Source: Phoronis australis (Eukaryota; Animalia; Phoronida). From it: a stretch of 64,000 bases of DNA. The notes below the pieces were generated by a model that was not told where the DNA came from, did no database searches, and saw only the letters and a program-made list of their open reading frames with translations. Both the position numbers and the translations under genes were made by a program. Location: assembly GCA_002633005.1 (NCBI GenBank), contig NMRA01000356.1, positions 133,540-197,539 on the forward strand. The letters run 5' to 3'. How positions within the stretch are numbered: the first letter of the stretch is position 1; every line of letters starts with the position of its first letter. Positions 23,041 through 35,700 of the stretch are shown here, one piece after another.

Positions 23041-26000
23041 TTGTATTTTTAGCTGTGGGCTTTAATTTTGAAATGTTCTGTTTATTTGAACACGTGTGAT
23101 CATTGCTCCACGTTTGGTCATATTAATTCATATTTTGTTTATTCAATAGTGGAAATGACTTCGGTGTTTATTAAAATTATGAATTTCGAGTTATTTTAGA
23201 CATTTCAATATTAATTAGTACTCGCTGTCCATTATCATATATTCAAGGAACATTCCAGAAATGATGGAGATGGCTTATACTAGTTCTGATTTCTTGTTTC
23301 TATTTTCTTTTCCTTTTTACAAGTCTGACTGACTGAAGATGTAACACAGTCTGAATTACATAATTATATGCAAATTACATCACTTTGAGAATTATGCATT
23401 TATTACACAGTGAAGGGGGTTAGTAATTATCACTAAGACGTCAATAACATAACAGGCAAAATATAGAAAAATTTTTTTGTAAAAATACTGCTAAAAACAC
23501 TGTCCTATCCGTTAAAGCCACAAACAGTATGCCTGTGACTTGAGTTGCGAGCTTGCTCTTCACCAATTCAGAATCGGATGAATGTTTTTAAACCCCAAAG
23601 CACTTTCAAGAATTCAGCATTGACAGCTAAACATTGGCATATTGCCCCTTTAAAAATTTGCAGAAATTTCATTGATAATTTTTAAAATATACGTCAAATA
23701 AACTTGGTGTTTGTAAGTCGTATCGTGCATTTGTGCTTTTGCTCATGAAACGCAGTATGTGAAGTAGTGTTGAAATACTCACAAATGTACTGCTGGTGTA
23801 TCTTTCAGGTGGGCTGTAGTTGACGTCATTCTGAGCTATTTGTAGACGAGATTTTATTAAAACGAGTTATTATTGCTTGATGTTGTCGTTATTTAGCACA
23901 CAATATGGCCACCAAGTTAAATTCTATTTTTAATTTTTTATTCTCCCCAAGAGTGAAGTATGAGAACATTTTAGTCTGCTTCAAACATGGATTGCAATGT
24001 GTAGATGTCATAAAACAATATTTGCTGTAACTCTCATTGTGTGCAAACAGGTAATCAGCCTTTGAAAAGTGGAAAAGTGACCATTAGACAATTATTATTT
24101 TTTGCGCAATAAATAGAGAACTAGAGTACTTCATAAACATGATTAGTTTCTTGGTATAAGAGAGACATCATGTCCAACTCCAAATTAGGTCATGCGTATT
24201 GCTAGTATGAACTTGTCAATGTTTGGGAATGCTCCAAGATGTGATAACGACCACTATCCTAGTGTGAGTAACAGTCTCACAGTTTCGACTGCATCATACA
24301 AGCATCGGACTTGTAATCACTTATCTATGTAACGATACGGTACGTGTTGTAAGTTTCTAAAGACTAGTGTGTTCTGTTTTTACTCAAAAGTGTAGCTAGT
24401 ATATAAATGACTGTTTACATTGTGTTGTCATTGGTTCATGTATTGCTTCTTTCATTTTGAGTATCGTAAATTTCCTGATTCCAGTAAGTTGTTAAACAAA
24501 CGTTCATTAATGTGGATACTTACTTCTTCTTTCACACACTCTGTGCTTGCTGAGTAGCGCAATCAACACATTATTTGGTTTGAATTAATTTATTTTTGTA
24601 TTTTTTCTGAGAATTTTCGTGTTCTCACATTGTTATAGTGCAGGACACTGAATGGTTTATGTTTTTTTGCTGAACATAGTCTTGTGCACTTTCTTTTGCA
24701 GGCATCCTTGATGTTTAAATCAAGGTTCGCCATCTTCCTTAATGAATCCATTTGTGTTTGGGTCACGACCTCAAAAGGAAGCCTTGAATGTCTTTGCATT
24801 GCCTGGTTAGTGCCTGAGTTATTATCTACTGTGCACAACAATGTTTCATTTCCTGTCACTATATTTACAATGTAATTGTTTTCAGAGGACATTGTAGGAT
24901 AAACATGTTGTTACTTAGTTGTGGATGGAAATGGGTCATCCAATTTTACTTGTAGCTCCTTTTCTTTGTTTTATGTTACTTTTTATACATCACATGTTTC
25001 CTACTAGTTGATCTATCTGACATAGGCTGTTGGTCTAATCGTTTGATTGGAAATCAAACCCGAAATCATTTTGGTAATTTCTATTCTATGCTCGAGTACA
25101 TAAGGACTTAAATGGATAACTATCTAATCCTAGTTTGCACACCCCANACTACCGGTATGCCTCTAGTGGCAATTTTAGTATTTGCCTCTAGTGGCAATTT
25201 TAGTATTTTACATTGACCTCTGTATTTTCATAGGTCTTCAGGTGTATATTTTGTGTTACTTCGTGACTGTGAAGGAAAAGTTCCAAGTGGAAATTTGTTT
25301 CTGGCATTCTAATGCTGTGCTAATCTCGTATGTTGGTAAATCTGTTTTTAATTCTATGTTTCTGTGGTGCTTTAAGCAACTGGTGTGTAGGATGTGCTTG
25401 TATTATGAAGATTACCCACATTTTGCCCCTAGCCTATTGAGGAGACAATGACCATGCCTTTCCATTTTGCAAAGTATGCCCTCTACTGGCCACTTTATGG
25501 TACCAATAAACAACCCTAGAAGAATACCGTATGCGGTGCACTTGTGGGCGCATTTCAACGCTCCGTGTTGCTCTTGTATTTTTAGCTTTGGGCTTTAATT
25601 TTGAAATGTTCTGTTTATTTGAACACGTGTGATCATTGCTCCACGTTTGGTCATATTAATCCATATTTTGTTTATTCAATAGTGGAAATGACTTTGGTGT
25701 TTATTAAAATTATGAATTTCCAGTTATTTTAGACATTTCAATATTAATTAGTACTCGCTGTCCATAATCATATATTCAAGGAACATTCCAGGAATGATGG
25801 AGGTGGCTTATACTAGTTCTGATTTCTTGTTTCTATTTTCTTTTCCTTTTTACAAGTCTGACTGACTGAAGATGTTACACAGTCTGAATTACATAATTAT
25901 ATGCAAATTACATCACTTTGAGAATTATGCATTTATTACACAGTGAAGGGGGTTAGTAATTATCACTAAGACGTCAATAACATAACAGGCAAAATATAGA

Positions 26001-27677
26001 TATATTTTTTTGTAAAAATACTGCTAAAAACAGTGTCCTATCCGTTAAAGCCACAAACAGTATGCTTGTGACTTGAGTTGCGAGCTTGCTCTTCAACAAT
26101 TCAGAATCGGATGAATGTTTTTAAACCCCAAAGCACTTTCAAGAATTCAGCATTGACAGCTAAACATTGGCATATTTCCCCTTTAAAAATTTGCAGAAAT
26201 TTCATTGATAATTTTTAAAATATACGTCAAATAAACTTCGTATTTGTAAGTTGTATCGTGTATTTCTGCTTTTGCTCATGAAACGCAGTATGTGAAGTAG
26301 TGTTGAAATACTCACAAATGTACTGCTGGTGTATCTTTCAGGTGGGCTGTAGTTGACGTCATTCTGAGCTATTTGTAGACGAGATTTTTTTAAAACGAGT
26401 TATTATTGCTTGATGTTGTCGTTATTTAGCACACAATATGGCCACCAAGTTAAATTCTATTTTTAATTTTTATTCTCCCCAAGAGTGAAGTATGAGAACA
26501 TTTTAGTCTGCTTCAAACATGGATTGCAATGTGTAGATGTCATAAAACAATATTTGCTGTAAATCTCATTGTGTGCAAACATGTAATCAGCCTTTGAAAA
26601 GTGGAAAAGTGACCATTAGACAATTATTATTTTTTGCGAAATAAATAGAGAACTAGAGTACTTCATAAACATGATTAGTTTCTTGGTATAAGAGAGACAT
26701 CATGTCCAACTCCAAATTAGGTCATGCGTATTGCTAGTATGAACTTGTCAACGTTTGGGAATGCTCCAAGATGCGATAACGACCACTATCCCAGTGTGAG
26801 TAACAGTCTCACAGTTTCGACTGCATCATACAAGCATCGGACTTGTAATCACTTATCTATGTAACTATACGGTACGTGTTGTAAGTTTCTAAAGACTGTA
26901 GTGTGTTCTGTTTTTACTCAAAAGTGTAGCTAGTATATAAATGACTGTTTACATTGTGTTGTCATTGGTTCATGTATTGCTTCTTTCATTTTGAGTATCG
27001 TAAATTTCCTGATTCCAGTAAGTTGTTAAACAAATGTTCATTAATGTGGATACTTCTTCTTTCACACATTCTGTGCTTGCTGAGTAGCGCAATCAACACA
27101 TTATTTGGTTTGAATTAATTTATTTTTGTATTTTTTCTGAGAATTTTCGTGTTCTCACATTGTTATAGTGCAGGACACTGAATGGTTTATGTTTTTTTTG
27201 CTGAACATAGTCTTGTGCACTTTCTTTTGCAGGCATCCTTGATGTTTAAGTCAAGGTTCGCCATCTTCCTTAATGAATCCATTTGTGTTTGGGTCACGAC
27301 CTCAAAAGGAAGCCTTGAATGTCTTTGCATTGCCTGGTTAGTGCCTGAGTTATTATCTACTGTGCACAACAATGTTTCATTTCCTGTCACTATATTTACA
27401 ATGTAATTGTTTTCAGAGGACATTGTAGGATAAACATGTTGTTACTTAGTTGTGGATGGAAATGGGTCATCCAATTTTACTTGTAGCTCCTTTTCTTTGT
27501 TTTATGTTACTTTTTATACATCACATGTTTCCTACTAGTTGATCTATCTGACATAGGCTGTTGGTCTAATCGTTTGATTGGAAATCAAACCCGAAATCAT
27601 TTTGGTAATTTCTATTCTATGCTCGAGTACATAAGGACTTAAATGGATAACTATCTAATCCTAGTTTGCACACCCCA
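23041..27677 (+). repeat. ~2.1-kb near-identical direct duplication (23041-25146 / 25574-27677), likely two haplotypes
   Basis: Only scattered SNPs and small indels; the first copy ends at a single N (25147). Confidence 0.9.
25148..25577 (+). mobile_element. HINE-like element, 3' fragment (copy 3)
   Basis: Near-identical to 45270-45699 including the terminal hairpin. Confidence 0.9.
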
Positions 27678-30157
27678 AGTTTTTACTCAAGTGTAGCTCG
27701 AATCTAGGGGTGATCAGGTGCGGACAAGAAACTCATATGCATAAACCATAATGTAATCGAGCATAGTATATTACACACTTATCTTGAGCTCGTACAAAAC
27801 TAGAATAGAAAATGCCAAAAATAATTTAGATGTAAATTCCAAGTAAAAAGATCAGATCCCGGCTCCAAATTGTCAAGCAATAACACGAGAGGTAAGTCGC
27901 AGGAATGCTCCAAACTTCTAATGAATAGGGAAATTTTCAAATTTATGTGTTGTAGTCTGATAGACTGATCTGATCTACTGTCTTCATTAGAGCCCTCTAT
28001 AAACAATACAATCACATTAAATGAAAACAGGAGTTCCAAAACAAATTGAGTGTAGCTGAAAATATTTTGAAAGTTAAAATATCAGCCTCTTTGAATTAAT
28101 CACATAGGTATTTCTATCTTTTAAAAGGTAATGTAGGACACAGTGCCAAAAAGGAACTGTTTACACCACTTTCATGGGTTGTCGCGTCTCGATGAATAAA
28201 ACAAAAATCAGTACCCCCATTGATTGCTGTTGAAATCTTAACATATGACAAATTCCAATATTCCTTGCTCATCTGTAAGATGGATAGATGGCAGCATTTG
28301 GTATGATGAATCCCAAATGCGACTTATGCTCTATTTTTACTCAACCAGGTTACATATTAGGTATAAGCCCATTTATTTCTACATGCTCCATGGGACACTG
28401 TGGTCATGTGTGCGATTTCAATTTGGGAGAGGGAAGATCTGAAAGAGTTTGAAACCCAAGTGTACTTCATTATGTTGGTGCTAGTACTTCACAATCCTAG
28501 TGAACAAGTTTCTGGCATTTCGTCTGGTTTGAAATTGAAAATGAAATTGCAGTATGCGAGCTCCTAATTCACAGACTTCCGCTTTATATTATTTTCAGTT
28601 CTAAATTATGAGACAAAAATACGTAATTTGAAACTGGATGGGAACGTTTATCACTTAAAATCAAGTTTCTGCAAGTCTATACTTTATTCCTGTCGGTCAC
28701 TACAAACCAAGATGGTTTTTCATAACTGAAATCTCATCAGTCTTTCTCCCTTCATTGCCAATAAAAATGTTTTCCTTTTCAGGTCAGCTGAGAATCATGG
28801 GCTTACTGTAGATACAAGAACTACTAAGTATCTACGTCAAGTGTAAGCTCATTGTTTTGGTTGTTTGAAGGAAACTCAGTGCTTTTATGGTACATTTATT
28901 TGGACTAATAAATCTCCACTTGTCTTTAAGTCACATGTTGGCTTTAATTACTAACTTGCAACAATAGCAGGTGAAGTTGGCCTAAAATTACATCTTCCTC
29001 ATCTTATTTCTGCATTCACGCTCTTCAAAGTTTGAGCAAACACAATGTCCACCTCAGTGATGAGCAGGGTCTGTTTAAGATGTGAGAAATTTCGATACTT
29101 GGGCAGCCTTCATCACTTCACCATTGTTTTAAACAAAATTTATAAGGGCCTGGGGACATTATTTAATATTGAAACATGTGTCTTATTAGAACCCTGAACT
29201 TCCTCTGTTAATTGACGTCAAAGATTATTTTATTGGAAAATTATGATTTTGTATTTCATTGTTTTCGCATTTGGCAGTAGCGCAAGACAGCAAATTTCAC
29301 AATTATGTCATACTTAACAATAGACAAACTCAAGTGTAGGCATTAGGTGCGACTTAATTCAAACCAAGGTTAACTTCGAAACTTCTTGTCTTACATAGTT
29401 CAACAACTCAACTTGTGGCTTTTCCGTACCTAAATTCTGCATTTTTCGTACAAGTGTCTGTAATGGAAAATTAAGTCAACATTTTTTTTTGTAGATTTGT
29501 AAGCAAAGACCAAAATATAAAATTGAAATTTTAAAAAATTATTGTTTTGAAGATTTTGTGCTTGAACACCGAATAGATCTGCTTTTGCATCAGGACACCA
29601 AAACATAATTGTACGATTTAATCTCTTAGCTACTTGCGAAGAGTAAAATCAGAAGTGATGGACCAGGATTTAATTTCTGAACTCTAACTTTACTAGGACT
29701 CAGACTCAAAAATAAATTTAAAAAGAGTGAGACTCCGAACTCAAACATCATCCTGCAATATTCAAATACAAATTTGTAAGTTTATTTGAAGCCATGCAAA
29801 ATGTCAATTTTCAAATCCTATTTTGAGTATTGAGATTAGACCTCTGGCTCTTGTTTGCATGCTCGGTGCACGTGCAAGCTTTACACTTCAGTCTGTTTCT
29901 GTCTGGCACACCCTGTAATCTGTTATCGTCATGTTCCACGTGTGATTGGCTGCCTGCCATGTGGAGGCTACTGGTTCTCTTATCACAATGTTAATCACTT
30001 ATCTGATTACAACCAGAGCTTGGCGCATAAGTAGAAATTCACAAAACATGCTGGGAGGCACTTCAATTCCCACAATGTAGCCCGACTATTAAGATCGGTT
30101 TGCATTTATATTTAGTGTTCACAAGATTGAGCTTTGTTAGCAAATGTTGGGGAGACC

Positions 30158-30289
30158 ATGATGATAGTCTGTGGTATTGTGTGTTTGGCTTTGTTCTTTG
30201 CATTTGTAGATAGCGATGCTTTGACGAATGACGAGGATTCTTTGATTTGCTCTGCACAGTGTTACGCAAAGTGCCTCCACAATGCACAG
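30158..30289 (+). CDS. RTK exon 1: signal peptide + Cys box
   Basis: [49 protein letters not shown] donor. Confidence 0.75.
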
Positions 30290-32644
30290 GTAAGTTATTA
30301 GGTGTTACATTCATTTCTCAAGTATTACAGAACTTGTATCTTATGTTTTGAATGTCGTTTGTGTTAACTATACTGCTTTGTTATTTTTATTCCCTTTTTC
30401 TTGTTACTGAAATGTTTGTGGTCCAAATGGTCATGCAGTGTTATGCAAGGTGTTGCTTATTTTTTGTTTGGAAAGTGTTGGATTTATGAAATATTTTATT
30501 GTTTAGGCCAAATAATTTATCATTTGGGCTATGTGATATTTTTTCGTGTTATAGACATATTTTGTAAAACATGCCAAATAAAATCCTCATACCGGAACTT
30601 CAATTTTAAAAGCTTTCATTGCACCCGGTGTTGGTTTAAAAAGATACTTAATCTAATATTTGTTAGAAAAACATCAAAAGAATAAATGAATGCTTGTCTT
30701 TCAGCTAAATCACTAAACAACTCAAACTATAAGATGAAAACAGACACCCAAACTAAATCAGAGGTAATCGACCTCTTTTAAAATAGCTTGGTTTAATTTC
30801 AGGGTTTGCATTATATTACAAATTAATAATCATAACATAAAAAATTGTCGAGCTTAAAGGATAGATAATTTCAAAACTGTTAGCATCCCATAATATTAAC
30901 ACTAAACTGTTACAGTATTAATTGATTATGCAATGCTATGTCATTTTTGATTATTTAGTAAAAAATCGCCTTATTTAGTGTAAGAATTTTCGACTAACGT
31001 GTTTCATAGTTTATGGCCACTGATCAGGGCAATGTGACACCTCTGGATTTATGAGATTTGTTGTTATTGTTTGTTGTATTTGTGCTCTTGTACAGCTGGC
31101 TGTTTATGTCTAAGAAAGCCTTGAATGAAACAGTCCTATTGAAGAAAAAGAGTTCACAGCTTGAGTTCTGAACTTAACAAACTTGTACTAGATGTTTTAT
31201 TGTTTATAATTACAAATTATACATTAAATTGCCTTACTAATCTAATGTCTCATTATACCATTTCCTATTTTGGTACATGAAGCTCTCGTGAAGTACATGG
31301 AGCATACAGTTTTAGGTATACCAATAAATACTAACCATTTGGTAAATTATCAAAAATGGCCGGAGTAATAGTAGTAAATCAGACGTCTACAGTTGTGGTC
31401 TATTTTTATTTGTGCTGGCAGAAGAAAGTTACTCAGTTTTACAATAACTGTACTGGAAAGATTCTTCAGTTTAACACAAAAAATAATAGCATCAATTGAA
31501 TTGGTGAAATGTTTTAATGATAGCTCAAAAGTGCCCCATGTGGTCCAATATCTAACTGTAGTGGACATTAAAGCAGTCTGTGTTGACCACGATTTGTCAT
31601 GAACATTTCAGCAACATTGGCTGTTTTTCTCTTGCTGTTTGAATACTCCACTGCACAATGAATAACTTGATTGCATGATGATTGCAAAGTAATATAAAAA
31701 TATGGAATCAAGCCACTGCTGTAAGGTTATGTAGGACCCTCCAAAATGTCCAAATTTAGCAAACTTTGGAGCGTCATATCAAATAACAAATACATAGGCT
31801 AGTCAATTAGTTCCTACATAACAAATACTTAGACTAGTCCATGAGTTCTTACATAACGTTTAATCCCCATCCTCCCTGCACTAAAGTTGGTGCTCAAAAT
31901 TGTACCCAAATTCTCTTGCAACAATTTTTGAACAGACCATATTTCAGTATGTCACTGCTTTATTGGAAACTGACTGCTGATATTGCTTGTTTTATTCACT
32001 GTAATTTTTAATTGACAACGATGAAAATTTTCAAAACCAAGTATTGATGTTTAGCAAATTTCCCCTGTAAACCATGGCAGCAGTTAAGTAACACTTTTGT
32101 AGAATTAGAATTTTTTTTGTTGAGAAATAAAATTCCACTTATCTGTTAGATTGTAATCTAAAATGAAATACCTTGGCTGTGCCTGGTTTTCAAACTTGTG
32201 TTTTGTATGACTCTGAGATGACTTAGCTGCAATTGTCTGTGTAGCACTTTAATCTCTGAGATGCCTCTAAGCTTTTTCAATTGTGATGAGCTTTTAGTAG
32301 CACTACTAGGAAACTACTGCAAAAATGAGGTAGACATCTTGTGTAAAAAAGTTTCATGGTTGTTCCTGGAAGCACAAGATGAATATGAGAAACTTCCTTT
32401 TAAGTTCATGCCACAAAGTCTGTACTCACGTACACCCCTGACAATGTACTGTCATAAACTTATGGTTTTTTACTAAGTTACTTTCTTTACTTTTTCATAT
32501 ATGTAGTAACTGCAAAAGTATATTTTATTTTTAAAGTGCAAGAATTGCTTTGTTCAGGAGAAGCAGCTTAATTTACTTGTGCTACTTGTGTAACCCCTGT
32601 ATATTGTTTGTTTTCACTGTGTTTGTGTGTGTGTCTGTGTGTGT

Positions 32645-32678
<34 letters not shown>

Positions 32679-32679
32679 N

Positions 32680-32731
<52 letters not shown>

Positions 32732-35700
32732 TCTTATGCCCCACCACTTGTAGTGGATGTTAAGAGGGTGTAGGATGTCATCTTGACAAGGAGTACACAA
32801 TGACTCCTGTGTTGCTCTAAATGGGTGGACATGACATATAGGGTCATGCAGGGGTCACTCAGGGAGCATGTCAAGTTCTTAAGGTTATATAGAACCATAT
32901 GGACATGTCTGTGTATGTTACCAAATAGAATATCGACAAAAGTATATTATTTCCTTTGTCAACAAAAGTATTATTATCTTGAAATAGCAAGCCAGTAAAA
33001 TTTGATTTGTGATGCTTTACTAATCTTCCATTGATTGGGTCACGTGACCATGTATTTTTATTGAAATTTAGCAAAAAAGTACATTCTCAGCAAAACAGTG
33101 GTACAAATTACGTGACCAAATCTCAGTTGGTATAAATGTTCAAGATCTCAAAAATGTTGTTACGTTTTTCTGGATTAGTTCATTTTCATTTTATGCAACT
33201 TTAAAGTTCTTTCATAAAAATGAAAGAACTATTTTTGATGGCCTCTTGTGAAAATGTTGCATTTTAAAAGCAATTCCTAACATTGTTTTGCAGAATAGTG
33301 CATAATGAATAGTGCGTAGCGAGTAGTGTGTAGCGAATAGTGAATAGTGCGGAGTGAATAGTGCCGAGCGAATAGTGCCGAGCGAATAGTGCCGAGCGAA
33401 TAGTGTCGAGAGAAAAGTGTGTAATAAATAACATCTGAAAGTTCATAAGAATCCAACTTTCTGTTTCTGAGATATGACGTTCCAAAGTTATATAAATAAG
33501 GACTTTTTTGGGGTCCTACCTCTACATAACCTTAATAAAATGAGAAGTATTCGATAACTGGCCAAAAACGTTTTCTCCTGTAGAGGGCGCATTGGCGAAC
33601 CAATCACTTTCAAACTGGTCACATGTTTGTTGCTATTGATCAGCTTTTACAAAATTTTGTTTAACCGGAAGTCACTTTCAAGATGGCGACTTAGTGCATT
33701 TTCACCATTTTCAATGTTCTGTGGTCGCATTTTTAACGGGAAGACCAAATGACATGAAGTTTTGCATTTGGATTCCTTGAAGTATACTCTTTCAAAAGTT
33801 CTGCAGGCTATTTCTTACTTATTTGTTGGCTAGTCACATAAATGTTATCGTGTTGTTCATAACCTCTGCCGTCATCGTCGTCGTCATCCTTCCCATCGTC
33901 CTGTTTTCGTGTAATTTCGCCAAGTGTCACTCCTCCAAGCACTCTCGCACTGTTGCCAGTTTACCGGGTGCATGAACAAGACTGCAGGCTATAAGTTCTT
34001 ACTGATTTGTTGGCTAGTCACATGAATGTTATCGGGTTGTTCATAATCTCCGCCTTCGTTGTCATCATCGTCATCTTCGTCCTTCCCATCGTCCTGTTTT
34101 CACGTAATTTCGCCAAGTGTCGCTCTTCCGAGCGCTCTCGTTATTATTGCCATCGTTGATATTGTTGTTATATATTGTTATTGTTGCCCTTGTTGTCACT
34201 ACTGCCAGACTATCTTTACCTACTGGTTTTACAAAACAATTAGAATATTCATTTTGAACACTATTTAAAGCCTGGATAATTTCACAATCGTTTTGTCGTT
34301 GGTTAAAACGCTGTTTTTCCTTGCTGTGTAAAATTGAAAGAACTCAGAATGTGGTTATGTTTGCTTTCATATTACATTTTCTTCATGTCTATTAATGGCA
34401 AGATTTTCTCACACAAAATGAATGGTCTGGCAAGATCTGCAGTGACTGTCTTAACAGCCGTGGCAATGCTAACTAAAGATTTTTAATTTTACAGACACTT
34501 TAATCCTGCTGGCTAGAAAATCGCGGCTAGAAAAATCAAGTATCCACCAGTTTTAGCTGTCCTTGAAAGAATATATTTTCTGAATCCTCGATTACTAAAG
34601 AATATTTATTCGTGCCTGAGTTAAAATATCACCTAATCATTTGCCATCCCGTGACAGACATTTTTGCTGGCATTGCCATTTTTTAACACTAATTTATGGC
34701 TTTGAACAGTTTTAAATTAATTATACATTTTTACTGGCAAAATGCAGGGAACCGTATAGCATTGAAAATTTTGTTTTAATTAGTATTTGAAAAAAATGAA
34801 TATTGACAATTGCCTTAAAATGTGTAAGACTTGGTGACTCTGTTTTGTTATTGCAGATATTCTCAGTACCCATAATTGCTGTATGCTTGGGCGTTGATGC
34901 CATCTTTTTTCCTCCCAGGAAATTACTACTCATGAAATATTTTTTGTTCTAAAGCCGTCTCAGCTTGTACTTGAAATAGTTGATTAACTGAATTGCCATT
35001 ACTTAGATTTCATGAGTAAAGAAACTCGGTGAACTTATTTTTGTCAACTCAGTTATTGCTTGGCATCAGTAATAGCAATGCCTTTCTTAATTTAGTTTTA
35101 TGATCTCTTACAATTCAGGATCTGATCAACTAATCAGATATTTTGAGGATCTATTCCAAAATTCCATCCTAATAATATCTGCTGGTTCACAACTGATATG
35201 CTCGGTCCCAGGGTTGCCAAAAATGTTACTGAAAATTAGAGCTCGGCATTGGACTGGGCAGAATGTAAGATACAAGACTAGGAAAATTATACAAAATTGG
35301 ACATTCTTGGTTGGTGTTGACAAAAATCTCCCCACTGCAGCACTTTTATTTGTATGGATAATAATCAGTGTGTATGGTCGTTGTTAGAAAATCGATGTTC
35401 TGGCCTCTGGTATTTTATTTGAATGTGCCTTGGTGGATTATGCATTGTTTTGGTCCCTGTGTTTTGCCTCTTCCTTATAGGCAATTTGATCTTTGCACAT
35501 TTGATATAATACCGCCCTTTTTTGTTGATAGAGTACTGGTAAATGTTCTTGGGAATGAACCACTTTAGCACGAGAACAAACTTTTGTGGTCATTATTTTC
35601 TGTTTCAGCAGAAGTAGCTGTATTGTATATGTTTGCTTGAAATGAAAATATCATGTAAATGGTATTACTGTGACAGTTTTATCTACAAAGCCTTCTGTCC

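Larger units (their letters stand above)
31721..33535. mobile_element. Kolobok-type (TTAA-GG...CC-TTAA) non-autonomous element cluster
   Basis: 31723-31790 (AAGGTTATGTAGGACCC...AACTTTGGAGCGTCATATC) is the inverse of 33470-33535 (...CTACATAACCTTAA); a second TTAAGGTTATATAG end lies at 32879; nesting unresolved. Confidence 0.5.

Noticed and set aside
24590-27423. Duplicated minus-strand ORF MSSENNYIV... (100 aa / 78 aa)
   Set aside because: No recognisable domain, frameshifted between the two haplotype copies, and no exon context
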